From the NCBI GenBank assembly GCA_009691195.1, contig SHVA01000008.1, forward strand, positions 1,785-65,784: a stretch of DNA of 64,000 bases, given 5' to 3'. The position numbers were made by a program, and so were the translations under genes. Below, one piece after another: positions 34,282 through 42,206 of the stretch; position 1 is the first letter of the stretch; the number at the start of each line of letters is the position of its first letter. The DNA is from Solirubrobacterales bacterium. Lineage in GTDB: Bacteria; Actinomycetota; Thermoleophilia; Solirubrobacterales; 70-9. Below the pieces are notes generated by a model, which searched no databases, had not been told where the DNA came from, and worked only from the letters and a program-made list of their open reading frames with translations.

Positions 34282-34941
34282 GTGGCCGGGCGCAGCGGCG
34301 AATCCCCGAAGGACCTTCCGCCCGAGGCCGGCGGCGAGCCACTGCGCGCGCCGGATGAGGAGCCGGCCCAGCCGCGCGCCGCGTCAACGGTGCTCGTCCT
34401 GCGACGCGGCGGTCGCCACAAGGACCGGGGGCTCGAGGTCTGCATGGTCCAGCGCAATCCCGAGGCCCGCTTCATGCCAGGGGTCTGGGTGTTTCCCGGC
34501 GGCGCGGTGGACGACGCCGACGGCAGCGGCGAGGAGGCGAACCGCGTCTGCGCGGTCCGGGAGCTGAGCGAGGAGGCCTCGATGGTGGTCGACCCGGGCG
34601 AGCTGGTCGCCTACTCGCGCTGGATCACCCCGCGGGCGGTGCCTATCCGCTTCGACACCCGCTTCTACCTGGCGCTCGGCCCGGCCCACTCTCCCCCCGA
34701 GGCCGACGGCAGCGAGACCGTCGACGCCGGCTGGTTTGCGCCAAGGGACGCTCTCGACCGCCACGAGCGCGGCGAGATGAGCATCGTTTTCCCCACCATT
34801 AAGCACCTCGAGAGCCTGCTCGAGTTCGCGAGCGCCGATGAGGCGCTGGAGGCGGCGCGCCGCCGAGAGGTCCGCCCCGTCGAGCCCCGCATCGTCGGCG
34901 AGGGCAACCACGCCCGCGTCGTCCTCGACGATCCGGAATAG
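34282..34941 (+). CDS. NUDIX hydrolase family protein
   Basis: Nudix-box-like [28 protein letters not shown]. 219 aa, GTG start. Confidence 0.75.
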   Translation: MAGRSGESPKDLPPEAGGEPLRAPDEEPAQPRAASTVLVLRRGGRHKDRGLEVCMVQRNPEARFMPGVWVFPGGAVDDADGSGEEANRVCAVRELSEEASMVVDPGELVAYSRWITPRAVPIRFDTRFYLALGPAHSPPEADGSETVDAGWFAPRDALDRHERGEMSIVFPTIKHLESLLEFASADEALEAARRREVRPVEPRIVGEGNHARVVLDDPE

Positions 34942-34949
34942 TCCCGACG

Positions 34950-35252
34950 ATGACGTCGAGCCTTCCGCCAGAAGCGAGGGAAGCCTTCGAGCGCTTCGTC
35001 ACCTGCGAGTACACGACGGTCGCCGGCGCCCGCCAGCCGATCACCTGGCCGCTGACCCCGTACTACTCCGACGGCGGCCCGACGATCGATGGGACGACGG
35101 GCCTCGGCTACCCGAAGAAGGCCGACGACGCCGCCGGCCACCCCAGCGTCTCGAGGCTGTTCTCGGACCCGACCGGGTCCGGGGTCCTCAGCCGCTTCTC
35201 GCGCTTCCGCCGCACCGCCAAGAAACGGCCGGCCGAGCGCGCGGAGGCCTAG
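34950..35252 (+). pseudogene. truncated pyridoxamine 5'-phosphate oxidase (PPOX/FMN-binding split barrel) family gene
   Basis: The N-terminal 75 aa (FVTCEYTTVAGARQPITWPLTPYY...HPSVSRLFSDPTGSG) look like this family. The ORF then ends in an Arg-rich tail (LSRFSRFRRTAKKRPAERAEA), and no other frame continues the domain. Confidence 0.5.
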
Positions 35253-35935
35253 GCCGAAGCGGCGGAGTCCGGAAAAGGCTCCAGCCCGGCGTGCCAGGGA
35301 CCGGGTTGGTAGGGGTGGAGGTTGTCCTCTTCCAGCTCGCGCCGCAGGCGCTCGAAGATGCCACCGGCGGAGTGCAGCGACTGCTTCAGCTCGGCCTCGG
35401 AGCGCTCGCGCATTCGCCAGTGGAAGAAGAGCTGGGCATCGGTGATGCCGAAGTCGACCTCCACCGGGATTCGGGTTATCCAGTCGATGAAGGAGGGGCT
35501 GAACAACTCGCGCAGCGCAATCGGATCGTGGTCGCGGGGGACCGTGGCGATGAACCGCTTGTTGAAGTCAACGCTCTCGAACTCGACTCGCCTTCGGGAG
35601 CGGCGGTCCAGCGTGTCTCCCGCCGTCCGCTCGATCGACTCGACGTTGAAGATCGGCACCACTCGGGCGAGATCGGGCATGTGGGCCTTGGCGAGGACCG
35701 CGTTGGGCAGGACCTCCTTGCGGAACATCTTCCCCTGCTCCCGCTCGTCCGCGTCACAGGACGCCCCCCAGAACCCGTCCACGAGCTCGCCCGTGAGCCG
35801 GTTGCTGCCACCCGGGCAGAGCGCCGCGGGCCCGCCCTTGGGGTTGAGGCCCCCCACCGGCTCGTAGCGCAGGTCGCGAGACCCGGCGTAGGCGGAGACA
35901 AGCCCCGCCCATTCCTGGGCGCCGGCCGCCGGCAT
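35249..35935 (-). CDS. hypothetical protein (228 aa), translationally coupled to Fe-ADH
   Basis: The ATG shares one base with the ADH stop (TGATG). It contains VEFESVDFNKRFIATVPRDHDPIALRELFSPSFIDWI, weakly reminiscent of DUF3137-type proteins. No TM helices. Confidence 0.55.
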   Translation of the reverse strand: MPAAGAQEWAGLVSAYAGSRDLRYEPVGGLNPKGGPAALCPGGSNRLTGELVDGFWGASCDADEREQGKMFRKEVLPNAVLAKAHMPDLARVVPIFNVESIERTAGDTLDRRSRRRVEFESVDFNKRFIATVPRDHDPIALRELFSPSFIDWITRIPVEVDFGITDAQLFFHWRMRERSEAELKQSLHSAGGIFERLRRELEEDNLHPYQPGPWHAGLEPFPDSAASA

Positions 35936-37140
35936 CAGAGGGCCTGCCTGTAGAGCTCCTCGAAGTCCTCCGGAACCAGCTCGCGGGCGTTGGTGAGGCT
36001 GCAGCCGTCGCCCATCGCTCCCTCGACCAGGTCGGCAATCCCCTCCTCGGGCACTCCAACTTCCGAGAGGCGCTGCGGCAGGCCCATGCGAGTGGTCAGC
36101 TCGCCGACCCAGCCGGCCAGAGATCCACCGACATCAGCGTCGGACCCGCCCGCCTCGGCGCCGAGCGACTCGGCGACATCGCGGTAGCGATCAGCGATCT
36201 CGGGGCCGCCCGCCGCGTTGAAGCGGATCACGTGCGGAAGGTTGATCGAGTTCGCGACCCCGTGCGGAACCCCGTACATGGCGCCCGCCGGGTGCGACAT
36301 CGAGTGCGCGGCCCCGAGCCCCGAGGTGCCACCGGCGCCGGGCACGATCGCCAGCGAGGCCGCGACGAGCATGTTCCCCCGGGCCTCCTCGTTGGAGGGG
36401 TCCTCAACCGCCGCGGGCAGGTTGTCTCGCATCATCCGCAGCGCTTGCAGCGCGAAGGCCTCGCCGTGCGGGCTCCACAGGGGGCCCGTGTAGCCCTCGA
36501 TCGCATGCGTCATCGCGTCCATCCCCGTTGCGGCCGCGAGGGCGGCGGGCAGCGTTCGCGTGGACTCCGGGTCGAGGATGGCGAGCCGGGGGAACAGCGG
36601 GAAGTCCGCGATCAGGATCTTCTCCCTGCGCTCGCTGTCCTTGATCACCGCCCCGAAGGAGACCTCCGAGCCGGTACCCGCGGTGGTCGGGATGCAGGCC
36701 AGCGGCGCGACCGCCAGTGGCGCGCCCATGCCCTCGTCCTCACGGGGTAGGGCGTAGATCCCCTCGTAGTCGAGCAGCGAGCCGCCGTGCGTGAAGACGG
36801 CGTTGGCGGCCTTGGCCGTGTCCATCACCGAGCCGCCGCCGACGGCGAGGAAGGAGTCGGCTCCGGCCTCCTTCGCCGCTTCGGCGCAGGCGGCCACGGT
36901 CACAGCCGAGGAGTCCTGAGCGATCTCGGAGAAGACGGCCGCGGGCTCCAACGCCCCATCGGCGAGCCCCTGCTCGACCTTGGCCACGAGGCCCGTCTCG
37001 AGCAGGATCCCGTCGGTGACGATCAGGGGGCGCTTGGCGCCCTCCTTCGCGAACTCGAAGCCGACGCCCTCGATCATCCCGCGGCCGGCGACCACCCGGG
37101 TGGGATGGGCGAACTGGTAGTAGTCCTTGAACTGGCTCAA
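35935..37140 (-). CDS. iron-containing (group III) alcohol dehydrogenase
   Basis: GGGSVMDTAKA motif and His-rich metal site (AHSMSHPAG...HG). TTG start overlapping the SCP2 stop (TTGA). Confidence 0.88.
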   Translation of the reverse strand: MSQFKDYYQFAHPTRVVAGRGMIEGVGFEFAKEGAKRPLIVTDGILLETGLVAKVEQGLADGALEPAAVFSEIAQDSSAVTVAACAEAAKEAGADSFLAVGGGSVMDTAKAANAVFTHGGSLLDYEGIYALPREDEGMGAPLAVAPLACIPTTAGTGSEVSFGAVIKDSERREKILIADFPLFPRLAILDPESTRTLPAALAAATGMDAMTHAIEGYTGPLWSPHGEAFALQALRMMRDNLPAAVEDPSNEEARGNMLVAASLAIVPGAGGTSGLGAAHSMSHPAGAMYGVPHGVANSINLPHVIRFNAAGGPEIADRYRDVAESLGAEAGGSDADVGGSLAGWVGELTTRMGLPQRLSEVGVPEEGIADLVEGAMGDGCSLTNARELVPEDFEELYRQAL

Positions 37141-37556
37141 GCGACGTTGACGAGCTCTGTCTTGCCGTCGGCCTCGAGCATCGCCTTGTAGCGGGGATAG
37201 ACGGGCTTGGTCAGCGGGACGAGCTTGAGGATCTTGGGCACCGGGCCCTTCGCCTTGATCTGGCCACGAGCGAGCGCAACCGTGACGTTGACCTTGCCGA
37301 GCCAGAAGCGATGGGCGGTATCCGCGTCCATGCTCATCTGGACCTCGGGCTCCATCTCCGTCTCACCGAAGTCGACCTGGGAGGGCTGCCCCTCCTGAAG
37401 CCTGGTGGTGATCACCGAGTCGGGGTCGCGGAAGCTGTACTGGATGATCGTGTTCGCCTTGCGGAACTTCGGCGCGAGCTCCTCATCCTCGCCAAGCTGC
37501 TGAATCAGCTTGCCGATCGTGTCGTAGACCTCCTGGTCGCTGCTGAAGTACGCCAA
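37137..37556 (-). CDS. SCP2 sterol/lipid-carrier domain protein
   Basis: 139 aa: ...MSMDADTAHRFWLGKVNVTVALARGQIKAKGPVPKILKLVP. Typical SCP-2 C-terminal pattern. Confidence 0.75.
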   Translation of the reverse strand: MAYFSSDQEVYDTIGKLIQQLGEDEELAPKFRKANTIIQYSFRDPDSVITTRLQEGQPSQVDFGETEMEPEVQMSMDADTAHRFWLGKVNVTVALARGQIKAKGPVPKILKLVPLTKPVYPRYKAMLEADGKTELVNVA

Positions 37557-37618
37557 GTCTCTCTCCTCGTACGTCGCTTTCCTGGCCGAGTGGCCAATCC
37601 TTCCAGAACCAACCGCCT

Positions 37619-38056
37619 CTAGTCGAGGCCCTCTGACTCGGCCTCGGCCTGTCCCGGGGGCGCCTCAGCGATGTAGAAGCGGGTTCGCCCGATCTCCTCG
37701 TCGGCGACACGGACCAGGACCGCGTGGGGGCCCGCCTGGGAGAACGTCAGCCTGGTCCCGAGGGAGAGCACGACGCGCTGGTCCTGACCTTCGATCGAGC
37801 CGGCGGGCCTGCCGGTCTCGAGATCCATCCCGAGCTGGTCCCCGAGGATGCCGCCGTCGGGGTCCTCGGTGTGCAGGGTCAGCTCGTGCTTCATGTTGGT
37901 CTCGCCCCAGGGGACATCGAGCCCGAGGGCGATCCCGAAGCTCCACTCGTAGGGAAGGCTGGGCAGGCGGAGCATGTTCCAGCCCCCGCCCATCAGGTAG
38001 ATCTTTCCGTTGAGCGACTCGCTGTGGTCGTTGAGGACCAGGAAGGCGACGTCCAT
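37619..38056 (-). CDS. hypothetical protein (145 aa)
   Basis: Intact ORF sitting between the TetR and SCP2 genes on the same strand. Normal codon usage. I recognise no motif. Confidence 0.5.
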   Translation of the reverse strand: MDVAFLVLNDHSESLNGKIYLMGGGWNMLRLPSLPYEWSFGIALGLDVPWGETNMKHELTLHTEDPDGGILGDQLGMDLETGRPAGSIEGQDQRVVLSLGTRLTFSQAGPHAVLVRVADEEIGRTRFYIAEAPPGQAEAESEGLD

Positions 38057-38070
38057 CGTTCGAGCCTAGC

Positions 38071-38742
38071 TCAGGCGGGGCCGGAGCCGGCGAACTCGTC
38101 GGCCGGGATCACGCCCGGGTAGAGAGCGCCGGACCAGACCCGGGCGATCGGGTCGATGACCTGCTCTGGGGTGCGCTCACCCCTGGCGAGGTAGATGTAG
38201 CAGCAGCGCTCGTTCATCCAGACCAGCGTCTCGGCCGTGGCGCGAGGGTCGAGCGCACGCGGGATCAGCCCGGCCGCCTGCTCGGAGCGGATGTGGTCCG
38301 CGGTGGCGACGATGAAGCGCTCGGCGATGCCGAGCCAGACCTCGCGGACCTCGGCGTCGTAGGTAGAGACCTCGGTCGCGATCCGTAGCAGCTCGGCGTG
38401 CCCGGCGTAGACCCGGACCACGCCCTCGATCGCCTCCCGCACCAACTCGGCCGGGGGGCCCTCCCCGTGCCACCAGCGATCCGCCATCTCGTAGAGCTCG
38501 CGGTCGGCGTCGCCGAGGGCCGCGAGCAGCAGGTCGTGCTTGTCGCGGAAGTGGAGATAGAAGGCGCTGCGCGAGATCCCGGCGGCGCGGGAGATCTCGT
38601 CGACGGTCAGGTCCCTGAACGAGCCCTGCTCAGCGAGCTTGAGAGCGGCTGCCAGCACCTCGGCGCGCACCCGCTCGCGCTTGCGGCGCCTGGAGTCCCG
38701 ATCGACGGTGGCTCGCGGGGCGGGAGGGCTGCCTGCTTCCAT
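38071..38742 (-). CDS. TetR family transcriptional regulator
   Basis: ATG 38742 lies inside ORF 38071-39780. HTH region VLAAALKLAEQGSFRDLTVDEISRAAGISRSAFYLHFRDKHDLL. Confidence 0.88.
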   Translation of the reverse strand: MEAGSPPAPRATVDRDSRRRKRERVRAEVLAAALKLAEQGSFRDLTVDEISRAAGISRSAFYLHFRDKHDLLLAALGDADRELYEMADRWWHGEGPPAELVREAIEGVVRVYAGHAELLRIATEVSTYDAEVREVWLGIAERFIVATADHIRSEQAAGLIPRALDPRATAETLVWMNERCCYIYLARGERTPEQVIDPIARVWSGALYPGVIPADEFAGSGPA

Positions 38743-38755
38743 GCGGACAGAGTAA

Positions 38756-38803
38756 CGATCTGTCAGACGGAGCGTTAGACAGATCGTCTGACACTTTGTC
38801 AGC
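38756..38803. promoter_or_regulatory. putative TetR operator cluster
   Basis: Perfect 9-bp inverted repeat CGATCTGTC (38756-38764) / GACAGATCG (38778-38786). GTCAGAC (38762-38768) pairs with GTCTGAC (38786-38792). A third, related site TGTCAGC lies at 38797-38803. Confidence 0.55.
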
Positions 38804-38877
38804 AAAGCTGGTAGATTTCCGTGACCCGCAACGTCCGGCAGGCGCCCCGACGCGCGAGCTGCCGAGAGGAGTCGACA

Positions 38878-39804
38878 ATGGCCGAGACACTCGAGGAGCT
38901 TGCTCTCCAGGGCGATCCCGGGACGCTGACCAGCGAGGACCGGGCTTCGAAGATCCAGTTGCTCAACCCCCAGCAGCTCTACGAGCTCTGGGAGAAGCAG
39001 CACTGGCTGGCCCACGAGATCGACTTCTCGGTCGACAGGGAGCAGTGGGCGAACTTCAGCGACGAGGAGCGCGACTACTTCACCTGGGGAATGTCGGGCT
39101 TCTTCATCGGCGAGGAGCGGGTCACGACCCAGTTCTCGGGCCTCCTGATGGCCTACGAGGACGAGTCGGAGGAGGCCTTCCTCGCCACGCAGCAGGTCGA
39201 TGAGGCGCGCCACACCCAGTTCTTCGACCGCTTCTACCGCGAGGTGATCGGCATCGACGACCCCAAGTGGGAGACGAGGCTCGCCCGCGTCCGCGAGGAG
39301 CTCAACGACTCCTTCGCAGAGCTCTTCGACAAGGCCCTGGTCGAGGCCAACCAACGGCTGATTTCCGACCCCTCGAGCATCGAGGCCAAGGTCGACTACG
39401 TGACGATCTACCGCATGGTGATCGAGGGGACGCTCGCCCTCACCGGCCAGTACACGATGACCGACTACCTCGAGAAGAACGAGCTGCTCCCCGGCTTCGT
39501 CGAGGGCTTCAACAAGGTCGCCCGCGATGAGCACCGCCACGTGGCCTACGGCACCTGGTTCCTGAAGCAGAAGTGCGGCTCCGACCCGGAGCTCGGCGCG
39601 CTGATGCAGGCGCGTCTGCAGGAGCTGCTGCCGGTCGCCGGCGGGGTACTCGTCCCCAAGGGCGCCGACCCCAACGACTGGGAGATGCTCGGCTACACCG
39701 CGGCCGAGATCAACGAGTTCGCCTTCAAGGCCCTGACGCGGAGGCTGAAGGCGATCGGGGTACCGCTCGTCGCAGAACACGCGGGCAACGGGGTGGCGGT
39801 CTGA
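38878..39804 (+). CDS. R2-like (ribonucleotide reductase small-subunit fold) di-metal carboxylate oxidase, radical Tyr absent
   Basis: ATG after GAGGAG. Ligand pattern FFIGEE ... VDEARH ... MVIEGT ... RDEHRH. Phe sits 4 residues after the first His (RHTQFF). Confidence 0.75.
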   Translation: MAETLEELALQGDPGTLTSEDRASKIQLLNPQQLYELWEKQHWLAHEIDFSVDREQWANFSDEERDYFTWGMSGFFIGEERVTTQFSGLLMAYEDESEEAFLATQQVDEARHTQFFDRFYREVIGIDDPKWETRLARVREELNDSFAELFDKALVEANQRLISDPSSIEAKVDYVTIYRMVIEGTLALTGQYTMTDYLEKNELLPGFVEGFNKVARDEHRHVAYGTWFLKQKCGSDPELGALMQARLQELLPVAGGVLVPKGADPNDWEMLGYTAAEINEFAFKALTRRLKAIGVPLVAEHAGNGVAV

Positions 39805-39986
39805 TGACCGCCACCCTCGAGGTCACCGCCTGGATCTGTGAGTCCTGCGGCTTCGTCTACGATCCCGCCGACGGTGACCCGGACGGCGGCATCCCCGCGG
39901 GCACCGCCTTCGCCGAGATCCCCGACGACTGGTTCTGCCCCGTCTGCGGGGCCCGCAAGAAGGACTTCGTCCCCTACAGCGGCTAG
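39804..39986 (+). CDS. rubredoxin
   Basis: [60 protein letters not shown]. The ATG shares one base with the R2-like stop (TGATG). Confidence 0.9.
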   Translation: MTATLEVTAWICESCGFVYDPADGDPDGGIPAGTAFAEIPDDWFCPVCGARKKDFVPYSG

Positions 39987-39996
39987 CCCGGCGCGG

Positions 39997-40749
39997 CTAG
40001 CGCCTCTTGTGCTTCTTGGGCGGCCTCGGGAGCTTGAGCGCGCCTGAAACGGCGGCCTCGGCCCGATTGCCCGCGAGATCGGAGATCGCCATGCCCAGCT
40101 TCAGCTTGAGACGGTGGCCGCGGTGCTTCTGCAGGGCGGTGGCCTTGGATGCGAGCGCGCGGGCTCCCCGCTTGGTCAGCGGGAGGGTCACGAACCGCTT
40201 GCCGGCCGAGAGGTAGGTGCGCTCGGCCGTCCCGACCTCGACACCTGCGCTGACGGCGCTGAGGGCGATGTCCGCGGCCTCGCTCGGGTTGACCACCAGC
40301 TGAAGCCTGCGCTTGCCTAGAACCGCCTTGGTCGTGGTGCTGCGCAGCGAGACCGCCCCGGTGGGAGGTATCACGTCGGGCGGCAGCGGCTCGCCCTCGG
40401 CGGTGACCTCGAGGGTGGCCGTCATCTCGGGGTAGCCGGGGTCGTGAAAGAGGTAGGTCCCCTCGCTGAGGAACGGCGCGCCGCGCACGAGGCGCTCGCC
40501 GCCCGCCGCAATCGCCGGCGCCGAGAACAGCGGCGCATCGTCCAGGTCGAGGTCATCGGAGGCGACCGCGTGCTCGAGGAAGGGGTCCCGGTTGGCGAAG
40601 GTGACCAGCGCCCCCTGGTCGATCGTGTAGGTCGGCAGCGCGTACTCCTGGAGGAACACGGCCTTGATCTGGGTGCCGGCGGAGGCGCCGGCGGGGGCGG
40701 CGAGCAGCAGCAGGCAGGCCGCCGCGAGGACGATGTGCGGGCGCTTCAT
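39997..40749 (-). CDS. secreted cupredoxin-like protein with degenerate copper site
   Basis: Signal peptide MKRPHIVLAAACLLLLAAPAGASA. TYTIDQGALVTFANRDPFLEHAV...[20 protein letters not shown] resembles a plastocyanin-like fold, but no Cys is present. Basic C-terminal tail. Confidence 0.55.
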   Translation of the reverse strand: MKRPHIVLAAACLLLLAAPAGASAGTQIKAVFLQEYALPTYTIDQGALVTFANRDPFLEHAVASDDLDLDDAPLFSAPAIAAGGERLVRGAPFLSEGTYLFHDPGYPEMTATLEVTAEGEPLPPDVIPPTGAVSLRSTTTKAVLGKRRLQLVVNPSEAADIALSAVSAGVEVGTAERTYLSAGKRFVTLPLTKRGARALASKATALQKHRGHRLKLKLGMAISDLAGNRAEAAVSGALKLPRPPKKHKRR

Positions 40750-40758
40750 GGCTCTAGT

Positions 40759-40785
40759 CGAAACAACCCGGCCGGGCCGGGGTTG
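40759..40785 (-). terminator. probable intrinsic terminator downstream of sodA
   Basis: On the minus strand, a GC-rich stem CAACCCCGG/CCGGGTTG (one bulge) is followed by TTTCG. Confidence 0.45.
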
Positions 40786-40832
40786 CGGCTGCCGGGCGCC
40801 CCGCCTGCGCCCGGCCGGCCGCCTTCCTCTCG

Positions 40833-41441
40833 TCAGCCCTGTGCGGCGGCGAAGTGCTCGCCGGCCTTGGCCCAGTTGACGACGTTCCACCAGGCGTCGA
40901 GGTAGTCGGGCCGCTTGTTCTGGTACTTGAGGTAGTAGGCGTGCTCCCAGACGTCGACGCCGATGATCGGCGAGTTGCCGTCGGAGACCGGGGTGTCTTG
41001 GTTGGCGGTCGAAACCACGGCGAGGCCAGACCCGTCGTGGATCAGCCACGCCCAGCCGGACCCGAACCGACCGATGCCCGCGTTCTTGAGCTCTTCCTGC
41101 AGCGACGCGAAGTCACCGAACTTGCCGGAGATGGCGGAAGCGAGGTCGCCCTCCGGCTCGCCACCTCCGTCGGGGCTCATGATCTCCCAGAAGAAGCTGT
41201 GGTTCGAGTGGCCGCCGGCGTTGTTGCGCACGGGGCCCTGCTTGTCCGCGGGCAGGCTGGAGAGATTCTGCAAGACCTCGTTGACCGGCTTGTCGGCCCA
41301 CTCGGTGCCCTCGAGCGCGGCGTTCGCCTTGTCGACGTAGGCCTGGTGGTGCTTGTCGTGGTGAACGCGCATGGTGGCCTCGTCGATGTGGGGCTCGAGC
41401 GCGTTGTAGTCGTAAGCAAGATCGGGAACCTCGTATGCCAT
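40833..41441 (-). CDS. sodA: Fe/Mn superoxide dismutase
   Basis: LPDLAYDYNALEPHIDEATMRVHHDKHH...GSGWAWL...DVWEHAYYLKYQNKRPDY. Confidence 0.93.
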   Translation of the reverse strand: MAYEVPDLAYDYNALEPHIDEATMRVHHDKHHQAYVDKANAALEGTEWADKPVNEVLQNLSSLPADKQGPVRNNAGGHSNHSFFWEIMSPDGGGEPEGDLASAISGKFGDFASLQEELKNAGIGRFGSGWAWLIHDGSGLAVVSTANQDTPVSDGNSPIIGVDVWEHAYYLKYQNKRPDYLDAWWNVVNWAKAGEHFAAAQG

Positions 41442-41489
41442 CTCTTCTCCTTCGCTGAAAATTCGATTCTGCGACGTAATCTAGCGGCA

Positions 41490-42206
41490 GTGAAGAGTAG
41501 GCCACCCGGCGGAGGGACCTGGACGGGAGTGCTGGTGACGCTGGGCGGCATCGCGCTCCTGGCTGCGTGCGTGCTCGCCATTCCGCCCCTTCGCGACGCC
41601 TTCCAGAACGCGATCAGCGGCGACCACGACGCGGTGCGCGAGGACCTTCAGAAGCCGGCCGGCGTGGCCCTCGTCATCGGTTTGGCGATCATCCACACGA
41701 TCGTCTGGTACCCGGCCGAGATCCTCGACACGGCCGCCGGCTACGTCTACGGCTTCTGGCCGGCGCTGCCGCTGATCATGGCCTGCTGGGTCGCCTCAGG
41801 GCTGCTCGCGTACATGATCGGCCGCCACGCCGCCCGCCCGCTGCTCTACCGGCTGGTCGGGGAAGAGCGCTTCGAGCGGCTCGAAGCCCTGGTCGAGCGC
41901 GGCGGCGTCACCTTCCTGCTGGTGGCTCGCCTGGTCCCGATCGTCCCCTTCAGCCTCACCGGCTACGTCGCCGGAGCCGCGCGGGTGCCGCTGGGCCGCT
42001 TCACGTGGACCACCGCCGTCGGCTACCTGCCGATCACGGCCTTCTTCATCTACGTCGGAAGCAGGCTCGAGGAGTTGTCACCGACGGACCCGGTGATCCT
42101 GCTGGGCACCGGCGCCCTGCTGCTCTCGGTGCTCGGCGTCCGCTTCCTGACGCCCCGGTTCACTCACGAGCGCGCCGACAGGGCCGACGCGCGCAGGGGC
42201 AGCTAG
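41490..42206 (+). CDS. TVP38/TMEM64 (DedA/VTT-domain) membrane protein
   Basis: GTG 41490 lies inside ORF 40854-42206. ...YPAEILDTAAGYVYGFWPAL...LVARLVPIVPFSLTGYVAGAARVPLGRF. Confidence 0.7.
   Translation: MKSRPPGGGTWTGVLVTLGGIALLAACVLAIPPLRDAFQNAISGDHDAVREDLQKPAGVALVIGLAIIHTIVWYPAEILDTAAGYVYGFWPALPLIMACWVASGLLAYMIGRHAARPLLYRLVGEERFERLEALVERGGVTFLLVARLVPIVPFSLTGYVAGAARVPLGRFTWTTAVGYLPITAFFIYVGSRLEELSPTDPVILLGTGALLLSVLGVRFLTPRFTHERADRADARRGS

Noticed and set aside
38878-39804. Annotating the R2-like ORF as a functional class I ribonucleotide reductase beta subunit
   Set aside because: Phe occupies the radical-Tyr position, Glu replaces the first Asp ligand, no alpha subunit gene is nearby, and the gene is coupled to a rubredoxin and controlled from a TetR spacer.
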